The notes beneath the pieces were generated by a model. That model made no database searches. It was given only the letters and a program-made list of their open reading frames with translations, and was not told the origin of the DNA. A stretch of 64,000 nucleotides of DNA from Alphaproteobacteria bacterium (GTDB lineage Bacteria; Pseudomonadota; Alphaproteobacteria; UBA2966). The first letter of the stretch is position 1, and each line of letters begins with the position of its first letter. The translations under genes were made by a program, and so were the position numbers. Shown here piece by piece: positions 60,552 through 64,000 of the stretch. The stretch lies in the NCBI GenBank assembly GCA_964291395.2, contig OZ219856.1, forward strand, positions 416,001 to 480,000. The letters run 5' to 3'.

Positions 60552-63500
60552 GTGAGCACGACGATTGGCAATTCCGGGCACTGGCAGTTCTGGATCGACC
60601 GGGGCGGCACTTTCACCGACCTCGTGGCCCGCCGACCCGACGGCACGCTGGTGACGCACAAGTTGCTGTCCGAAAATCCGGAGCGCTACGAAGACGCTGC
60701 GCTGCAGGGCATCCGCGACATGCTGGAGCTCTCCCCCGATGCGACGCTCCCCACGAAGTCCATCGAGGCGATCAAGATGGGCACGACCGTCGCCACCAAC
60801 GCGCTGCTCGAGCGCAAGGGCGACCGCACGGTGCTGCTCGTCACCAAGGGGTTCGGGGATGCGCTGAGGATCGGCTATCAAAACCGGCCCCACCTCTTCG
60901 CACGTCGGATCGTGCTCCCCGAGCTGCTTTACGAGCGGGTCGTGGAGGTCGACGAACGTTACACGGCGGACGGCGAGGTTCTGGCCGCGATCGACCTCGA
61001 GGGTACCCGTTCCGCGCTCCAGGATGCCTACGACGACGGCATTCGCTCCGCGGCCATCGTGTTTCTGCACGGGTATCGTTATCACGATCACGAGGAGGCC
61101 GCGGCAGCGCTCGCCCGTGAAATCGGCTTCACCCAGGTCTCGCTTTCACACGAGGTGAGCCCGTTGATGAAGCTCGTCGGGCGCGGCGATACCACAGTGG
61201 TTGATGCCTACGTGACGCCGATTCTGCATCGTTACGTAGGCCGGATCGCCGCCGAGTTGGGCGGCGCACGGCTCATGTTCATGCAGTCGAATGGCGGGCT
61301 GACTGACGCCCGGTTTTTCCAGGGCAAGGACAGCATTCTGTCAGGACCGGCCGGGGGCATCGTGGGCGCGGCGCGTACCGCCGAGATGGCCGGGTGTCAC
61401 AAGATCATCAGTTTCGACATGGGCGGCACCTCTACCGATGTCGCCCATTTTGCCGGCGAGTACGAACGTGCCTTCGAAACGCTGGTTGCCGGTGTGCGCA
61501 TGCGTGCGCCGATGATGCGCATTCACACGGTCGCGGCGGGCGGCGGCTCGATCCTGCATTTCGACGGCGCGCGCTACCGGGTCGGGCCGGATTCCGCGGG
61601 CGCCGATCCGGGTCCCGCCTGCTACCGTCGCGGCGGGCCTCTGACCGTGACCGACGCCAACGTCATGGTGGGAAAGATCCAGCCTGGGTTCTTTCCCAGA
61701 CTGTTCGGCCCGAACGGCGACGAGGCACTGGATGTCGAAATCGTCCATGCCAAGTTCGAGGCATTGGCCGCCGAGATCGAAGCCGCCACCGGCGACCGGC
61801 GTACGCCCGTGCAGGTGGCCGACGGCTTCCTGCAGATCGCCGTCGAGAACATGGCCCGCGCCATCAAGCAGATCTCGATCCAACGCGGCTATGACGTCAC
61901 CAAATATACCCTCAACTGCTTCGGCGGCGCGGGCGGTCAGCACGCCTGTCTGGTTGCCGATGCGCTCGGTATGACTCGGGTGTTCATCCATCCCTTTGCC
62001 GGCGTGCTGTCCGCCTACGGTATGGGCCTGGCGGATCTCAGGGTGATGCGCGAGCAGGCGGTGGAGGCGATATTGAGCGACGAGCTGATCGGGGATCTCA
62101 GCAAAACCCTCGACACGCTCGAGGCGAAGAGCCACGCCGAGTTGGTCCGCCAAGGGGTCGAAGCCTCGCGCATCAGCGGGCTTCGCAAGGTGCATCTGCG
62201 TTACGAAGGCACCGACTCACCCCTCGTGGTGAGCCTGAGCGACCGGGCCCGCATGATCGCCGAGTTCGAGGATGCTCACCAACAGCAGTATGGCTTTATC
62301 GCGCCGGAAAAGCGGCACATCGTCGAGGCGATTACGGTCGAGGTCGTCGGTGGTGCGCCCGAGGTGGCCGACCCGGAGCTCGAAGAGGCTGCCGGCGGCG
62401 CGCCCAGGGCCCTGTCCGAGGTCGAGACCCATATGGCCGGCAGTTCGCGGCACACGGCGGTTTACGACCGCGCTCAATTGAAGTCCGGCGCGCGGGTCCC
62501 CGGTCCCGCCATAGTCATCGAGGCCAACGCGACCACCGTCGTCGAACCGGGCTGGGCGGCTGAGGTCACCCGACGCGACCATCTGATGCTGAACCGCGTC
62601 GAGCCGCGTCCCGGCCAACCCACGCTCGGCACTGAAGCCGATCCCGTCATGCTCGAGGTGTTCAACAACCTGTTCATGTCGATCGCCGAGCAGACCGGAG
62701 TCGTGCTGCGCAACACATCTCATTCGGTCAACATAAAGGAGCGGCTCGACTTCTCCTGCGCCATATTCGGACCGGACGGCAATCTGGTGGCCAACGCGCC
62801 GCACATCCCGGTGCATCTCGGCTCCATGAGCGAGAGCGTCAAGACCGTCGGCGAACAGCGTCGGGGGACGATCAAACCGGGCGACGTGTTCATGCTCAAT
62901 ACGCCTTATAACGGCGGCACGCATCTGCCCGACATCACGGTCATCACGCCGGTGTTCGACCGGGCCGACAAGGACATTCTCTTTTATGTCGCCTCGCGCG
63001 GGCACCACGCCGAGATCGGCGGCATCACGCCGGGTTCGGTCCCGCCCGACAGCAGGCACATCGACGAGGAAGGGGTCCTGATCGACAACTTCCGTCTGGT
63101 TTCCGGCGGCAGGCTGATGGAGGACCAGACGAATGAGCTTTTCACCACGGCGCCCTATCCGACTCGCAACTTCCATCACAATCTGGCGGACCTCAAGGCC
63201 CAGATCGCAGCCAACGAGAAGGGTGTGCAGGAGTTGCGCAAGATGGTCGACCACTTCGGGCTGGATGTGGTGCATGCCTACATGAAGCACGTGCAGGACA
63301 ACGCGGAGGAGTCCGTGCGCCGGGTCCTGGGAGTGCTCAAGGACGGCAGTTTTGTCTACGAGATGGATTCCGGCGCCAAGATTTGTGTCGCCATAGAGGT
63401 CGACCAACGCGCGCGCGAGGCGGTCATCGATTTCACCGGAACCGCGAGCCAGCAGGACAGCAACTTCAACGCGCCGTCGGCGGTCTGCATGGCGGCGGTG

Positions 63501-64000
63501 CTTTACGTGTTCCGCCTCTTGGTGGACAGCGACATTCCGCTGAACCACGGCTGCCTCAAGCCGCTCAAGATGATCATTCCGGAACGCTCGATGCTGAGCC
63601 CGGAGTACCCTGCGGCGGTCGTCGCCGGCAATGTCGAGACCTCGCAGGCGGTCACCAACGCGGTGTTGGGCGCGTTGGGGATCATGGGGGCCGGCCAGGG
63701 CACGATGAACAACTTCACCTTCGGCAACGATGCCGGATACCAGAACTATGAGACCATCTGCGGTGGAGCCGGAGCGGGACCGGATTTTGACGGCGCTGAC
63801 GCGGTGCATACCCACATGACCAACACTCTGGCCACCGATCCGGAGATTCTTGAGTGGCGCTTTCCAGTGATCCTGGAGTCCTTCTCGATCCGCCACGGCT
63901 CTGGCGGGGCCGGGCGCCACCGGGGCGGTGATGGGATAATCCGGCGGGTCCGCTTCCGCGAGCCCATGACCGCGGCGATCGTCTCGGGTCACCGCCGGGT
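60552..64000 (+). CDS. fused hydantoinase A/B / ATP-dependent 5-oxoprolinase (runs off the window, absent from the ORF track)
   Basis: [49 protein letters not shown] and HTHMTN motifs. Confidence 0.92.
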   Translation, partial: MSTTIGNSGHWQFWIDRGGTFTDLVARRPDGTLVTHKLLSENPERYEDAALQGIRDMLELSPDATLPTKSIEAIKMGTTVATNALLERKGDRTVLLVTKGFGDALRIGYQNRPHLFARRIVLPELLYERVVEVDERYTADGEVLAAIDLEGTRSALQDAYDDGIRSAAIVFLHGYRYHDHEEAAAALAREIGFTQVSLSHEVSPLMKLVGRGDTTVVDAYVTPILHRYVGRIAAELGGARLMFMQSNGGLTDARFFQGKDSILSGPAGGIVGAARTAEMAGCHKIISFDMGGTSTDVAHFAGEYERAFETLVAGVRMRAPMMRIHTVAAGGGSILHFDGARYRVGPDSAGADPGPACYRRGGPLTVTDANVMVGKIQPGFFPRLFGPNGDEALDVEIVHAKFEALAAEIEAATGDRRTPVQVADGFLQIAVENMARAIKQISIQRGYDVTKYTLNCFGGAGGQHACLVADALGMTRVFIHPFAGVLSAYGMGLADLRVMREQAVEAILSDELIGDLSKTLDTLEAKSHAELVRQGVEASRISGLRKVHLRYEGTDSPLVVSLSDRARMIAEFEDAHQQQYGFIAPEKRHIVEAITVEVVGGAPEVADPELEEAAGGAPRALSEVETHMAGSSRHTAVYDRAQLKSGARVPGPAIVIEANATTVVEPGWAAEVTRRDHLMLNRVEPRPGQPTLGTEADPVMLEVFNNLFMSIAEQTGVVLRNTSHSVNIKERLDFSCAIFGPDGNLVANAPHIPVHLGSMSESVKTVGEQRRGTIKPGDVFMLNTPYNGGTHLPDITVITPVFDRADKDILFYVASRGHHAEIGGITPGSVPPDSRHIDEEGVLIDNFRLVSGGRLMEDQTNELFTTAPYPTRNFHHNLADLKAQIAANEKGVQELRKMVDHFGLDVVHAYMKHVQDNAEESVRRVLGVLKDGSFVYEMDSGAKICVAIEVDQRAREAVIDFTGTASQQDSNFNAPSAVCMAAVLYVFRLLVDSDIPLNHGCLKPLKMIIPERSMLSPEYPAAVVAGNVETSQAVTNAVLGALGIMGAGQGTMNNFTFGNDAGYQNYETICGGAGAGPDFDGADAVHTHMTNTLATDPEILEWRFPVILESFSIRHGSGGAGRHRGGDGIIRRVRFREPMTAAIVSGHRR

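Overview
GC-rich window, probably from an alphaproteobacterium (inferred from the DinB with an N-terminal Zn-ribbon, the FDH/moaA/fdhD/mobA/modE layout and the tRNA-Met promoter). It is mostly metabolic. It holds a PhyH/SDR/hydrolase block with an acoABC-like operon, and a split biotin carboxylase system beside sulfopyruvate decarboxylase comDE. It also holds NAD kinase, a Mo/W formate dehydrogenase locus with a frameshifted mobA and a ModE box, a CueR-controlled copper cluster, and mnmA. A tRNA-Met carries a 2.6-kb integrase-less islet. Further on are a flavin monooxygenase, dinB, a NYN nuclease behind a double-hairpin leader, and a large catabolic block (xanthine-dehydrogenase-family Mo hydroxylase, flavoprotein, TauD, ABC transporter, GntR, 5-oxoprolinase/hydantoinase). 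The standout signal is at 45992-48473 (- strand). Four ORFs in the supplied track are really two tandem paralogous genes, each read through an in-frame UGA in a PrdB/GrdB-like U-x-x-C motif. Each UGA is followed 11 nt later by the same 7-bp SECIS-like stem. Each gene also carries a shared ~170-aa C-terminal domain I do not recognise, and no Stickland-reductase partner genes lie in the window. All family calls come from motif recognition by eye, not from database searches.
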